This document shows positions 9,551 to 18,081 of a stretch of 51,465 nucleotides of DNA, piece after piece. A program made the position numbers and the translations under genes. Under the pieces are notes generated by a model that saw nothing but the letters and a program-made list of their open reading frames with translations, ran no database searches and was not told the DNA's origin. Every line of letters begins with the position of its first letter. The stretch's first letter is position 1. Source of the stretch: a virus (Duplodnaviria; Heunggongvirae; Uroviricota; Caudoviricetes); the IMG/VR virus record IMGVR_UViG_2872152978_000009. One strand, 5' to 3'.

Positions 9551-9843
9551 GGGTCAGAGTTTATATTGCCGGTCCAATGACGGGATATGAAAATTTCAAC
9601 CGTGAGGCGTTTCACAAGGCGGAAGAGGAACTGAAACGGGAAGGGCATACCGTCTTAAACCCGGCAGTACTTCCGGACGGGCTGACACAGCCGCACTACA
9701 TGGATATTTGCATGGCAATGATTCGTTGTGTGGATGCGATTTACATGCTGAATGGCTGGCAGCGGTCAGCGGGCGCTAAGGCAGAGCTGGCACTGGCGGA
9801 GAAACTGGGGCATGCAGTGATTTATCAGGAGGTGGCTCAATGA
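9547..9843 (+). CDS. DUF4406 / nucleoside 2-deoxyribosyltransferase-like protein
   Basis: GTG start after AGGAGG; motif VYIAGPMTG typical of the deoxyribosyltransferase-like fold. Confidence 0.6.
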   Translation: MRVRVYIAGPMTGYENFNREAFHKAEEELKREGHTVLNPAVLPDGLTQPHYMDICMAMIRCVDAIYMLNGWQRSAGAKAELALAEKLGHAVIYQEVAQ

Positions 9844-10301
9844 GAGAGGTTAACTATGAGGCGCTTCGTGAGGCAGCACAAAACTATCAGTCGACGCTGG
9901 CGTGGTATCAGGCTATCCCGGACAGCCCAAATGCTGAACGGGATTGTGATGCGGCTCTTGCTGCGTTTAAGCGTCACATCCGTCATCGGGAAGCGGATAT
10001 TATCGCTGATTTGCTGGATGGACTGGAAGAAGCAAAATCACAACTCAAAGAGCAGCGTGAGTATTACGAAGGCGTTATCTCTGATGGGAGCAAGCGTATT
10101 GCTGAACTGGAAGCGCGGGAAGTTCAATTACCGACTCGCTACGACCTTCGATATGGACACCCGATAAATGCAGATGAGCGACATGTCATGATACCTAAAG
10201 AAAATGGCAGTTGGCTTTACCTGATTGACCTAGAACACGCATTACGCGTCGCTGGCATTCGCATCAAAGGAGAGGAGCATGGAAATAAAACCAGAGGATG
10301 A
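9840..10301 (+). CDS. Hypothetical coiled-coil protein (Ead/Ea22-like position)
   Basis: 153-aa ORF with ATGA overlap to upstream gene. Confidence 0.5.
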   Translation: MREVNYEALREAAQNYQSTLAWYQAIPDSPNAERDCDAALAAFKRHIRHREADIIADLLDGLEEAKSQLKEQREYYEGVISDGSKRIAELEAREVQLPTRYDLRYGHPINADERHVMIPKENGSWLYLIDLEHALRVAGIRIKGEEHGNKTRG

Positions 10302-10635
10302 GTTAAGCAATATCGTTTTATTTCCGGTAAAAGAGGATGACCCTCGTAATCAGGTTAATTTTCTTTATGAGCCATCGGAAAGACCATATTGTCATCACGC
10401 CTCTGTTCGGGTTGACGAAAAAGAGCGTCAGGTCCGCTGTAAAATCTGCGGTGCAGTTGTGGAGCCATTTGACTGGATGCTCTCTGTGGCGAAAAGAGAA
10501 ACCAGACTGGCAGATGATGTAAGGCTATTGCGCCAGGAGGAACAGGAAAGGCGGAAAAATATAGAAAAGTTAATTCAGATTGAGCGTAACGCGAAAGCGC
10601 GGATATGCAGGGCGACAAAATCCAGAACTGAATAA
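10279..10635 (+). CDS. Hypothetical protein with putative zinc ribbon
   Basis: 118-aa ORF; CHH...CKIC Cys/His cluster. Confidence 0.5.
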   Translation: MEIKPEDELSNIVLFPVKEDDPRNQVNFLYEPSERPYCHHASVRVDEKERQVRCKICGAVVEPFDWMLSVAKRETRLADDVRLLRQEEQERRKNIEKLIQIERNAKARICRATKSRTE

Positions 10636-10730
10636 TTAAATTTAGCACTGTAAATAAAATCAAATCCTTAACCGGAGGGATTTCTGCACCCTCAGAACAT
10701 CAGGAGGCCGTCCGAAAGGGCGGTAGTGAA

Positions 10731-10913
10731 ATGCGAAAATTCAAAATAATTATTGAAACGGGAATAGCCGGTGGAGATTTCGAGGATGAATTCGAAGTGG
10801 ATGATGATGCAACACCAGATGAAATACAGGATGAAGCTAAAGATATTTTCTTTAACTACTGCAATTACTCATACCACGAAATAAAAGACGAAGAGGAAGA
10901 ACAAAATGGCTGA
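10731..10913 (+). CDS. Small highly acidic protein
   Basis: 60-aa ORF, more than 30 percent Asp/Glu (FEDEFEVDDDATPDEIQDEAKD...KDEEEEQ). Confidence 0.45.
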   Translation: MRKFKIIIETGIAGGDFEDEFEVDDDATPDEIQDEAKDIFFNYCNYSYHEIKDEEEEQNG

Positions 10914-11082
10914 TTTTGGTTCAACTAAATATAACGCCAGTTTTGAAGAATGGCATGAACTGTTAATGGATTATGCAGAGTTACGCGGTGGAAGTGCCGC
11001 TGATGCTGAAGCATGGCGTGATGATTATGAAGCAGGGAAAACACCGGTCGAAGCATATTGTGATGAGTGGGGCGATGAATGA
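10906..11082 (+). CDS. Small acidic protein (58 aa)
   Basis: ORF below the 60-aa track cutoff, found by eye; overlaps both neighbours by a few bases; coordinates may be off by 1. Confidence 0.3.
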   Translation: MADFGSTKYNASFEEWHELLMDYAELRGGSAADAEAWRDDYEAGKTPVEAYCDEWGDE

Positions 11083-11438
11083 GCGAGATTAATTATCAGG
11101 AAGGGCATGAAAAGGCAGGGCAGGCAAAACCAGTGGCATGGCGATATCGCTACGTGAAAAAAGGCGTTACAGACTTTCAGGGGAAGCAGTGGGTTGGTGA
11201 CTGGAAATATGTCCCGACAAAAGAGGATTGTAACGACAGACCAAACTATGAAATTCAGGCGTTATTCACGGCCCCGCCAGCTTCGGTGACATCAGAAGGA
11301 CTGGTTAAAGCTGTGCGCTTTTATGAACAGGTACGGCGTGAGGATCCGCCAGTTGAAACCGGAGCATGGAAAGACGCTATTGACTGGGTACTCAAGGAGG
11401 CCTGCCTGGTTGTAAACACGGGCATCAAAGGAGGCTGA
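11079..11438 (+). CDS. Hypothetical protein
   Basis: 119-aa ORF in tightly packed co-directional array. Confidence 0.5.
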   Translation: MSEINYQEGHEKAGQAKPVAWRYRYVKKGVTDFQGKQWVGDWKYVPTKEDCNDRPNYEIQALFTAPPASVTSEGLVKAVRFYEQVRREDPPVETGAWKDAIDWVLKEACLVVNTGIKGG

Positions 11439-11654
11439 ATGGGTATTGCCGCAAGTTATACCATGCATCTCTATTGTGATTGCCGCCAGTGTACGGATGG
11501 CAAATATCAGTCGCCAGATTTTGGTGAGTATATCGGTACGTCATGGGCTGGCTGTGCAAAAGAGGCACGTAAAGATGGGTGGCGAATAAGTGCCGACAAA
11601 ACGCGTGCTTTTGCGCCAGGGCATAAAATTTTGAGGAGCAACAAAGGAGAGTGA
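11439..11654 (+). CDS. Hypothetical small Cys-rich protein
   Basis: 71-aa ORF abutting upstream stop; CDCRQC motif. Confidence 0.5.
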   Translation: MGIAASYTMHLYCDCRQCTDGKYQSPDFGEYIGTSWAGCAKEARKDGWRISADKTRAFAPGHKILRSNKGE

Positions 11655-11655
11655 T

Positions 11656-11874
11656 GTGCCTACATTATTCAGAAAAGAATATCCGCGAAAAAGTAGAGCG
11701 ACAGAATTTTTGTTTCTCATTCTGTTTATCGTGTTGATGATACCGATATCCCCGTTAATTCTGGTATGGGGAATCGGAAAAATAATTGAGCCAGTTATTG
11801 AATTGTATAACGACGTGGTATGGGCTCCGTTCAACACACTGCACAATAAAATTAATCCGTATAAGGAAAACTGA
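11656..11874 (+). CDS. Small membrane protein
   Basis: 72-aa ORF with GTG start; hydrophobic core FLFLILFIVLMIPISPLILVWGIG. Confidence 0.45.
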   Translation: MPTLFRKEYPRKSRATEFLFLILFIVLMIPISPLILVWGIGKIIEPVIELYNDVVWAPFNTLHNKINPYKEN

Positions 11875-11875
11875 T

Positions 11876-12139
11876 ATGGCAACTTTGACAAAAAAAGAAC
11901 AGGCATGGTTGAACGAATTACAGGACGTTCTTGATCGCTGTCCATCACCGAAAAAAATTGGTTTTTACACCATTGGCGATAAAAGCATTTACCTGTATGA
12001 CCTGCGCCGCATGGATGAAATCATGGAGGCTCTTGATAATCGTTCGTCAATGGATTGGTGTGTTGCTGTCCATGATATGAATGCAGGGTTTGATGAAAAG
12101 ATTTTGTTCCCCTCATCAGTTGAAAGAACTGCGGGTTAA
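11876..12139 (+). CDS. Hypothetical protein
   Basis: ATG at 11876 within track ORF 11786-12139; 87 aa. Confidence 0.5.
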   Translation: MATLTKKEQAWLNELQDVLDRCPSPKKIGFYTIGDKSIYLYDLRRMDEIMEALDNRSSMDWCVAVHDMNAGFDEKILFPSSVERTAG

Positions 12140-12149
12140 GGAGTAACAC

Positions 12150-12317
12150 ATGACCACTATTACCAAAGAACGTATTGAATTGTTCATTAAAAACCCGCTT
12201 GAAAACGGGCTTACCCGTGGTGAACAAATGGAACTGGCACGGATTGCGCTGGCATCGCTGGAAGCAGAGCCGGTTGTGTTCTGGTTTGAAAAATATCAAG
12301 AAGGGGCTACGGCATGA
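12150..12317 (+). CDS. Small hypothetical protein (55 aa)
   Basis: ATG preceded by AAGGAG; below track cutoff; stop overlaps next ATG. Confidence 0.35.
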   Translation: MTTITKERIELFIKNPLENGLTRGEQMELARIALASLEAEPVVFWFEKYQEGATA

Positions 12318-12517
12318 CGACTTTTACCAGAGAGCAGTTAATAGCTCACGCAGAGGAGACTATTGAAGCACAGAGACTGTGCATACCGGGCACAATCGAC
12401 CATGACATCATCCGCACATATAAGATTAGACTGGCCCCCTGAATCTCCAGACAACCAGTATCACTTAAATAAGTGATAGTCTTAATACTAGTTTTTAGAC
12501 TAGTCATTGGAGTACAG

Positions 12518-12883
12518 ATGATTGATGTCTTAGGGCCGGAGAAACGCAGACGGCGTACCACACAGGAAAAGATCGCAATTGTTCAGCAGAGCTTTGAACC
12601 GGGGATGACGGTCTCCCTCGTTGCCCGGCAACATGGTGTAGCAGCCAGCCAGTTATTTCTCTGGCGTAAGCAATACCAGGAAGGAAGTCTTACTGCTGTG
12701 GCCGCCGGAGAACAGGTTGTTCCTGCCTCTGAACTTGCTGCCGCCATGAAGCAGATTAAAGAACTCCAGCGCCTGCTCGGCAAGAAAACGATGGAAAATG
12801 AACTCCTCAAAGAAGCCGTTGAATATGGACGGGCAAAAAAGTGGATAGCGCACGCGCCCTTATTGCCCGGGGATGGGGAGTAA
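12518..12883 (+). CDS. insC: IS2 transposase OrfA (InsC)
   Basis: 121-aa product [18 protein letters not shown]... recalled as IS2 InsC. Confidence 0.9.
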
Positions 12884-13746
12884 GCTTAGTCAGCCGTTGT
12901 CTCCGGGTGTCGCGTGCGCAGTTGCACGTCATTCTCAGACGAACCGATGACTGGATGGATGGCCGCCGCAGTCGTCACACTGATGATACGGATGTGCTTC
13001 TCCGTATACACCATGTTATCGGAGAGCTGCCCACGTATGGTTATCGTCGGGTATGGGCGCTGCTTCGCAGACAGGCAGAACTTGATGGTATGCCTGCGAT
13101 CAATGCCAAACGTGTTTACCGGATCATGCGCCAGAATGCGCTGTTGCTTGAGCGAAAACCTGCTGTACCGCCATCGAAACGGGCACATACAGGCAGAGTG
13201 GCCGTGAAAGAAAGCAATCAGCGATGGTGCTCTGACGGGTTCGAGTTCTGCTGTGATAACGGAGAGAGACTGCGTGTCACGTTCGCGCTGGACTGCTGTG
13301 ATCGTGAGGCACTGCACTGGGCGGTGACTACCGGCGGCTTCAACAGTGAAACAGTACAGGACGTCATGCTGGGAGCGGTGGAACGCCGCTTCGGCAACGA
13401 TCTTCCGTCGTCTCCAGTGGAGTGGCTGACGGATAATGGTTCATGCTACCGGGCTAATGAAACACGCCAGTTCGCCCGGATGTTGGGACTTGAACCGAAG
13501 AACACGGCGGTGCGGAGTCCGGAGAGTAACGGAATAGCAGAGAGCTTCGTGAAAACGATAAAGCGTGACTACATCAGTATCATGCCCAAACCAGACGGGT
13601 TAACGGCAGCAAAGAACCTTGCAGAGGCGTTCGAGCATTATAACGAATGGCATCCGCATAGTGCGCTGGGTTATCGCTCGCCACGGGAATATCTGCGGCA
13701 GCGGGCTTGTAATGGGTTAAGTGATAACAGATGTCTGGAAATATAG
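12841..13746 (+). CDS. insD: IS2 transposase OrfB (InsD)
   Basis: 301-aa product recalled as IS2 InsD; overlaps insC in -1 frame. Confidence 0.9.
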
Positions 13747-13990
13747 GGGCAAATCCAAAGATGGATATTGCTGTTCTGGAAATCGCACTGGTATCGCTGG
13801 CAGCAGAGCCAGCCGGTAAATTGCATGAATACAAACCAGTGGGATATCAGCGTCTGGTCGATGAGTTAACCATGCTGGTAAAGCAGTTAACCTGGCAACT
13901 GAGGAAAGCGAAGCCAGACTGCAAATTACCGGATAAGGCGATGAGTTATCTGGAGCGGAACGGACTGATAAGCGTGGAGGATATTTTACG

Positions 13991-14074
13991 ATGACCTGGC
14001 CTGAAGCATTAACAACGGTAGGAATTGCGATGGCGGTGGCGCTGGTGGTGTATTCGATTTGCCGCTGGGGATAA
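13991..14074 (+). CDS. Tiny hydrophobic peptide (27 aa)
   Basis: ATGA-overlapped ORF MTWPEALTTVGIAMAVALVVYSICRWG; speculative. Confidence 0.2.
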   Translation: MTWPEALTTVGIAMAVALVVYSICRWG

Positions 14075-14285
14075 AAACGGTTTGCGGGAAAAGGAGAGTT
14101 AAGTAGAATTGCAGCGGGTGCTTGAGGCTATCTGTCTCAGGCATGAACACCAAAAGGCAGATAGAGAAAAGCCCCAGTTAACATTACGCGTCCGGCAAGA
14201 CGCTTAACATTAATCTGAGGCCATATCTATGCTCTACACACGTAGGTTAGCCTCTTACGTGCCGAAAGGCAAGGAGAAGCAGGCT

Positions 14286-14441
14286 ATGAAGCAGCAAAAG
14301 GCGATGCTAATCGCCCTGATCGTCATCTGTTTAACCGTCATTGTGACGGCACTGGTAACGAGGAAAGACCTCTGCGAGGTACGAATCCGAACCGGCCAGA
14401 CGGAGGTCGCTGTCTTCACAGCTTACGAACCTGAGGAGTAA
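14286..14441 (+). CDS. hok: Hok/Gef-family type I toxin
   Basis: 51-aa MKQQKAMLIALIVICLTVIVTALVTRKDLCEVRIRTGQTEVAVFTAYEPEE; AAGGAGAAG ribosome-binding site; overlapping upstream open frame consistent with a mok-like leader; structured 3' region. Confidence 0.85.
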   Translation: MKQQKAMLIALIVICLTVIVTALVTRKDLCEVRIRTGQTEVAVFTAYEPEE

Positions 14442-14509
14442 GAGACCCGGCGAGGGAGAAATCCCTCGCCACCTCTGATGTGGCAGGCATTCTCAACGCA
14501 CCCGCACTT

Positions 14510-14540
14510 AACCCGCTTCGGCGGGTTTTTGTTTTTATTT
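14510..14540 (+). terminator. Intrinsic terminator downstream of hok
   Basis: Hairpin CCCGC-TTCG-GCGGG followed by T-run. Confidence 0.6.
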
Positions 14541-14657
14541 TCAACGCATTTGAAGTTCTGGACGGTGCCGGAATAGAATCAAAAATACTTAAGTAGCGCG
14601 CAGGGATAAGAGGGATGGTCCCTTAAAGGGGAGAGCTAATTATCCGGAAGGATTCTG

Positions 14658-14909
14658 ATGATGAACATCGAAGAACTGCGTAAAATTTTTTGTGAAGATG
14701 GCCTCTATGCTGTGTGCGTTGAAAATGGAAATATTGTTAGTCATTACCGCATTGTGTGTTTGCAAAAAAATGGGGCTGCGTTAATTAATTTTGTGGATGC
14801 CCGAGTGACGGACGGATTTATCTTGCGCGACGGTGAGTTTGTCACTTCATTACAGGTATTGAAAGAGATCGGAATAAAAGCTGGCTTTTCTGCTTTTTCA
14901 GAAGAATAA
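14658..14909 (+). CDS. Hypothetical protein
   Basis: 83-aa ORF with GGAAGG ribosome-binding site and a plausible upstream TTGAAG/TAGAAT promoter. Confidence 0.5.
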   Translation: MMNIEELRKIFCEDGLYAVCVENGNIVSHYRIVCLQKNGAALINFVDARVTDGFILRDGEFVTSLQVLKEIGIKAGFSAFSEE

Positions 14910-14975
14910 ACTCATCTACAATCTTGCGCGGGGCTGAACTCCCGCTGAGTAACACCGTGCCACCGGAGAAAACCG

Positions 14976-15254
14976 ATGGCACGCAACGCAAAATATTACA
15001 AACATGATAATTCGACCGTTCTTGCCCACACGCAGGAGCGGTATTCTCACGCATTTAAGTCAGACTGGTACCAGCATCCCCCATGCACTGAAGAACAGGC
15101 CGAATGGCTCATTCAGTGTTACCGCAGGCGCGGATGCGAGGTTAAAAAAGCCCTTAGCCTCGACTACCGTCACTGGATAATCTCCGTCAGGCTTCCTTAC
15201 TCCGAACGCCCACCGCGTCTGTCCCGCACATACCAGCAACGCATCTGGAGATAA
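14976..15254 (+). CDS. Hypothetical protein
   Basis: 92-aa ORF immediately upstream of the DUF968 gene. Confidence 0.5.
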   Translation: MARNAKYYKHDNSTVLAHTQERYSHAFKSDWYQHPPCTEEQAEWLIQCYRRRGCEVKKALSLDYRHWIISVRLPYSERPPRLSRTYQQRIWR

Positions 15255-15255
15255 C

Positions 15256-16302
15256 GTGCGGGTATTACTTCGACCTGTTCTGGTACCGGAACTCGGGCTG
15301 GTGATCGTTAAGCCGGGCCGTGAATCCATGCCGGTATTCCACAATACCCGGGTACTGGTGGAGCCGGAACCGAAAAGCATGCGTAATCTGCCGTCCGGGG
15401 TCGTTCCTGCCGTTCGCCAGCCGCTGGCGGAGGATAAATCATTACTGCCATCTTTCAGCGACGAACGAGTGATTCGTGCTGCTGGTGGCGCTGGCGCATT
15501 GTCTGACTGGTTACTGCGCCATGTTAAATCCTGCCAGTGGCCACACGGCGATTATCACCACAGTGAAACCGTCATTCACCGTTATGGTACCGGCGCAATG
15601 GTGTTGTGCTGGCACTGCGACAACCAGCTGCGCGACCAGACCTCCGAATCACTCGGGCAACTTGCTCACCAAAACCTGTCTGCATGGATGATTGACGTCA
15701 TACGCCATGCAATGAATGGCTCGCAGGAACGGGAATTATCGCTGGCTGAATTATCCTGGTGGGCGGTCCGCAATCAGGTGGCGGACGCGCTACCGGAAGC
15801 GGTATTACGTCGTTCGCTGGGGTTGCGTGCGGAAAAAATCCGCTCAATGTACCGTGAAAGCGACATCGTACCGGGAGAGCAGACCGCCACCAGCATACTG
15901 AAGCAGCGCACAAAAAATCTTGCGCCGCTGCCTCACGCCCACCAGCAAAACCCGCCACAGGAAGAGACGGTGGTCAGCATTGCCGTTGATCCTGAGTCTC
16001 CGGAATCTTTCATGAAACGACCTAAACGTCGCCGCTGGGTTAACGAGAAATACACACGCTGGGTGAAGACACAGCCGTGTGCGTGTTGTGGTAAGCCAGC
16101 CGACGATCCCCATCACCTGATTGGTCATGGTCAGGGCGGAATGGGGACAAAATCTCACGATATTTTCACGCTACCGCTGTGTCGGGAGCATCACAACGAG
16201 CTTCATGCGGATCCTCTGGCGTTCGAAGAAAAGCATGGTTCTCAGGTTGATTTAATTTTTCGTTTTCTTGATCACGCCTTTGCAACTGGCGTGCTTGGGT
16301 AA
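15256..16302 (+). CDS. DUF968-type protein with C-terminal HNH-like nuclease motif (YdfU-like)
   Basis: 348-aa ORF; C-terminal CACCGKPADDPHHLIGHG...CREHHNELH motif. Confidence 0.7.
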   Translation: MRVLLRPVLVPELGLVIVKPGRESMPVFHNTRVLVEPEPKSMRNLPSGVVPAVRQPLAEDKSLLPSFSDERVIRAAGGAGALSDWLLRHVKSCQWPHGDYHHSETVIHRYGTGAMVLCWHCDNQLRDQTSESLGQLAHQNLSAWMIDVIRHAMNGSQERELSLAELSWWAVRNQVADALPEAVLRRSLGLRAEKIRSMYRESDIVPGEQTATSILKQRTKNLAPLPHAHQQNPPQEETVVSIAVDPESPESFMKRPKRRRWVNEKYTRWVKTQPCACCGKPADDPHHLIGHGQGGMGTKSHDIFTLPLCREHHNELHADPLAFEEKHGSQVDLIFRFLDHAFATGVLG

Positions 16303-16314
16303 AAGAGGTGACTG

Positions 16315-16689
16315 ATGCTCATAGATTTGGTTTTACCTTACCCGCCGACGGTGAACACTTACTGGCGACGCCGTGGCAGCACATATTTTATCTCGGAGGA
16401 GGGAAAGCGTTATCGCCGGGCTGTGGCGCTTATTGTTCGCCAGCAGCGGCTGAAATTAAGCCTGTCCGGAAGGCTGGCGATAAAGGTGATTGCAGAGCCA
16501 CCGGATAAGCGTCGTCGCGACCTGGACAATATCCTGAAAGCACCGCTGGATGCGCTGACGCATGCGGGAGTGTTAATGGACGATGAGCAGTTTGATGAAA
16601 TCAATATCGTTCGTGGTCAGCCAGTATCTGGTGGACGTATGGGGGTGAAGATTTACCCCATAATGCATGAAGAGCAGGTCAAAAAATGA
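16315..16689 (+). CDS. rusA: Holliday junction resolvase RusA
   Basis: 124-aa; conserved RusA-like core (RRRDLDN, KAPLDAL) and position just upstream of Q. Confidence 0.85.
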   Translation: MLIDLVLPYPPTVNTYWRRRGSTYFISEEGKRYRRAVALIVRQQRLKLSLSGRLAIKVIAEPPDKRRRDLDNILKAPLDALTHAGVLMDDEQFDEINIVRGQPVSGGRMGVKIYPIMHEEQVKK

Positions 16690-17507
16690 AACTGGAAGAT
16701 TTACCGAAATACTACTCCCCAAAATCCCCTGGCCTGACCGATGTATCGGCCTCAACGTCAAAAGATGCGCTGAGTATCACTGATGTGATGGCCGCGCAGG
16801 GCATGACACAGAATCGGGCTGAGATGGGGTTTTCTGCGTTCCTGGGGAAAATGGGCATCAGTATGAATGACAGGGCGCGGGCAACAGAATTACTGGCAGA
16901 TTATGCACTCAGTCGGTGCGATCGTGTGGCGGCGTTGAGAAAACTTCCGGCAGAAATAAAACCGGTAGTGATGCGCATTATGGCTTCGTACGCTTTTGAG
17001 GATTATGCCCGCAGCGCAGCGAGTAAAAAGCAGTGCCCTTGTTGCTATGGGGAAAAATTTATTGAAAGCGTAGTTTTTACAAACAAGGTCCAGTATCCGG
17101 ATGGTAAGCCGCCGGTATGGGCAAAGTGTACGAAAGGTGTGTATCCGTCTTACTGGGAAGAATGGAAAAAAGTCAGGGAGGTGGTAAAAGTTGCCTGTCC
17201 GGAGTGTGGCGGAAAGGGTGAGGTTTCCACCGCCTGTAAGGATTGCCGTGGGCGTGGTGTCGCCATTCATCGTGAAGAGTCGGTAAAACGTGGTATGCCT
17301 GTTATCAGAGACTGCCAGCGTTGTGGTGGTCGTGGCTGTGAAAGACTACCATCAACGGAGGCATTTAATGCCATATGCAAAGTGACGAGTGCTATCACGC
17401 TTGATACGTGGAAAAAATCAGTGAAACGCTTTTACGATACGTTGGTGGTTCGGTTTGACATTGAAGAGGCATGGGCGGAGCGGCAGTTAAAGAGGGTAAC
17501 GCGATAG
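16686..17507 (+). CDS. Late-gene antiterminator Q-like protein (phage 82/QuuQ type) with CxxCxGxG zinc-finger repeats
   Basis: 273-aa; three CxxCGG(K/R)G motifs; position between rusA and a promoter-proximal terminator. Confidence 0.65.
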   Translation: MKLEDLPKYYSPKSPGLTDVSASTSKDALSITDVMAAQGMTQNRAEMGFSAFLGKMGISMNDRARATELLADYALSRCDRVAALRKLPAEIKPVVMRIMASYAFEDYARSAASKKQCPCCYGEKFIESVVFTNKVQYPDGKPPVWAKCTKGVYPSYWEEWKKVREVVKVACPECGGKGEVSTACKDCRGRGVAIHREESVKRGMPVIRDCQRCGGRGCERLPSTEAFNAICKVTSAITLDTWKKSVKRFYDTLVVRFDIEEAWAERQLKRVTR

Positions 17508-17509
17508 TG

Positions 17510-17545
17510 TTGTTGATTTTTCCCGAATCTGTGGTAAATTTGCTC
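17510..17545 (+). promoter_or_regulatory. Candidate late promoter PR' (extended -10 TGGTAAATT)
   Basis: TTGATT ... TGGTAAATT with about 16-bp spacer, 50-80 bp upstream of a strong terminator, as for lambdoid PR'/qut. Confidence 0.35.
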
Positions 17546-17589
17546 TAACGATGGGCGTTTTATGCCTGACGTTAGAAGATTTTTTACAC

Positions 17590-17611
17590 CCCGCCGCCTG
17601 GCGGGTTTTTT
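17590..17611 (+). terminator. Intrinsic terminator (tR'-like)
   Basis: CCCGCC-GCCT-GGCGGG followed by TTTTTT. Confidence 0.6.
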
Positions 17612-17733
17612 ATGACTGAAATCGCGTCAGTACAGTAAACGCGCTGGTGGCGGTGAATACCTGTCTTTCAGCTTGCTGGCTTTTTCGACAAGAGTTATTG
17701 GTGTGTCACGTTAACCGGAAAAGGGAAAAAGAC

Positions 17734-17931
17734 ATGCTAAAACAGCAGGATATGACAGAAACCGCCAGAGTGGTGTTTAATGAATTAAGCGTTAACGACC
17801 CGGCGACAGTCGGGGAGATTGCGCAGAATACTTACCTTTCACGCGAACGCTGCCAGTTAATACTGACCCAGCTGGTTATGGCGGGTCTGGCAGACTATCA
17901 GTTCGGTTGTTACAGACGCCTTCCGCAGTGA
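17734..17931 (+). CDS. Hypothetical small winged-helix-like protein
   Basis: 65-aa ORF from ATG at 17734. Confidence 0.45.
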   Translation: MLKQQDMTETARVVFNELSVNDPATVGEIAQNTYLSRERCQLILTQLVMAGLADYQFGCYRRLPQ

Positions 17932-18081
17932 AGGCTTTTTTATTTGTGGTAAATGGGCGGCTGGTGGGTGTTAGGGGCACCCACCAGCCATCTGCTCATG
18001 CGTTGGGTTCACAAGCAAACCTCAGGCCCACTGCTTTGCGCAAAAGCAGAATGAGCCTATCAGAGACAGGCTTAATGATCC

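Larger units (their letters stand above)
12427..13757 (+). mobile_element. IS2 insertion sequence, copy 1 (1331 bp)
   Basis: Ends TAGACTGGCCCCCTGAATCTCC and GGGGCAAATCCA, InsC and InsD ORFs, flanking 5-bp direct repeat AAGAT. Confidence 0.95.
12314..13994 (+). pseudogene. Phage ORF interrupted by IS2 (N-terminal part 12314-12426, C-terminal part 13758-13994)
   Basis: Removing the IS2 and one copy of the AAGAT duplication joins the two fragments in frame. Confidence 0.6.

Noticed and set aside
13995-14285. relBE-type toxin-antitoxin genes upstream of hok, as next to hokD in the K-12 Qin prophage
   Set aside because: No RelB- or RelE-like ORF is present; the interval holds only the tiny hydrophobic ORF and the hok leader.
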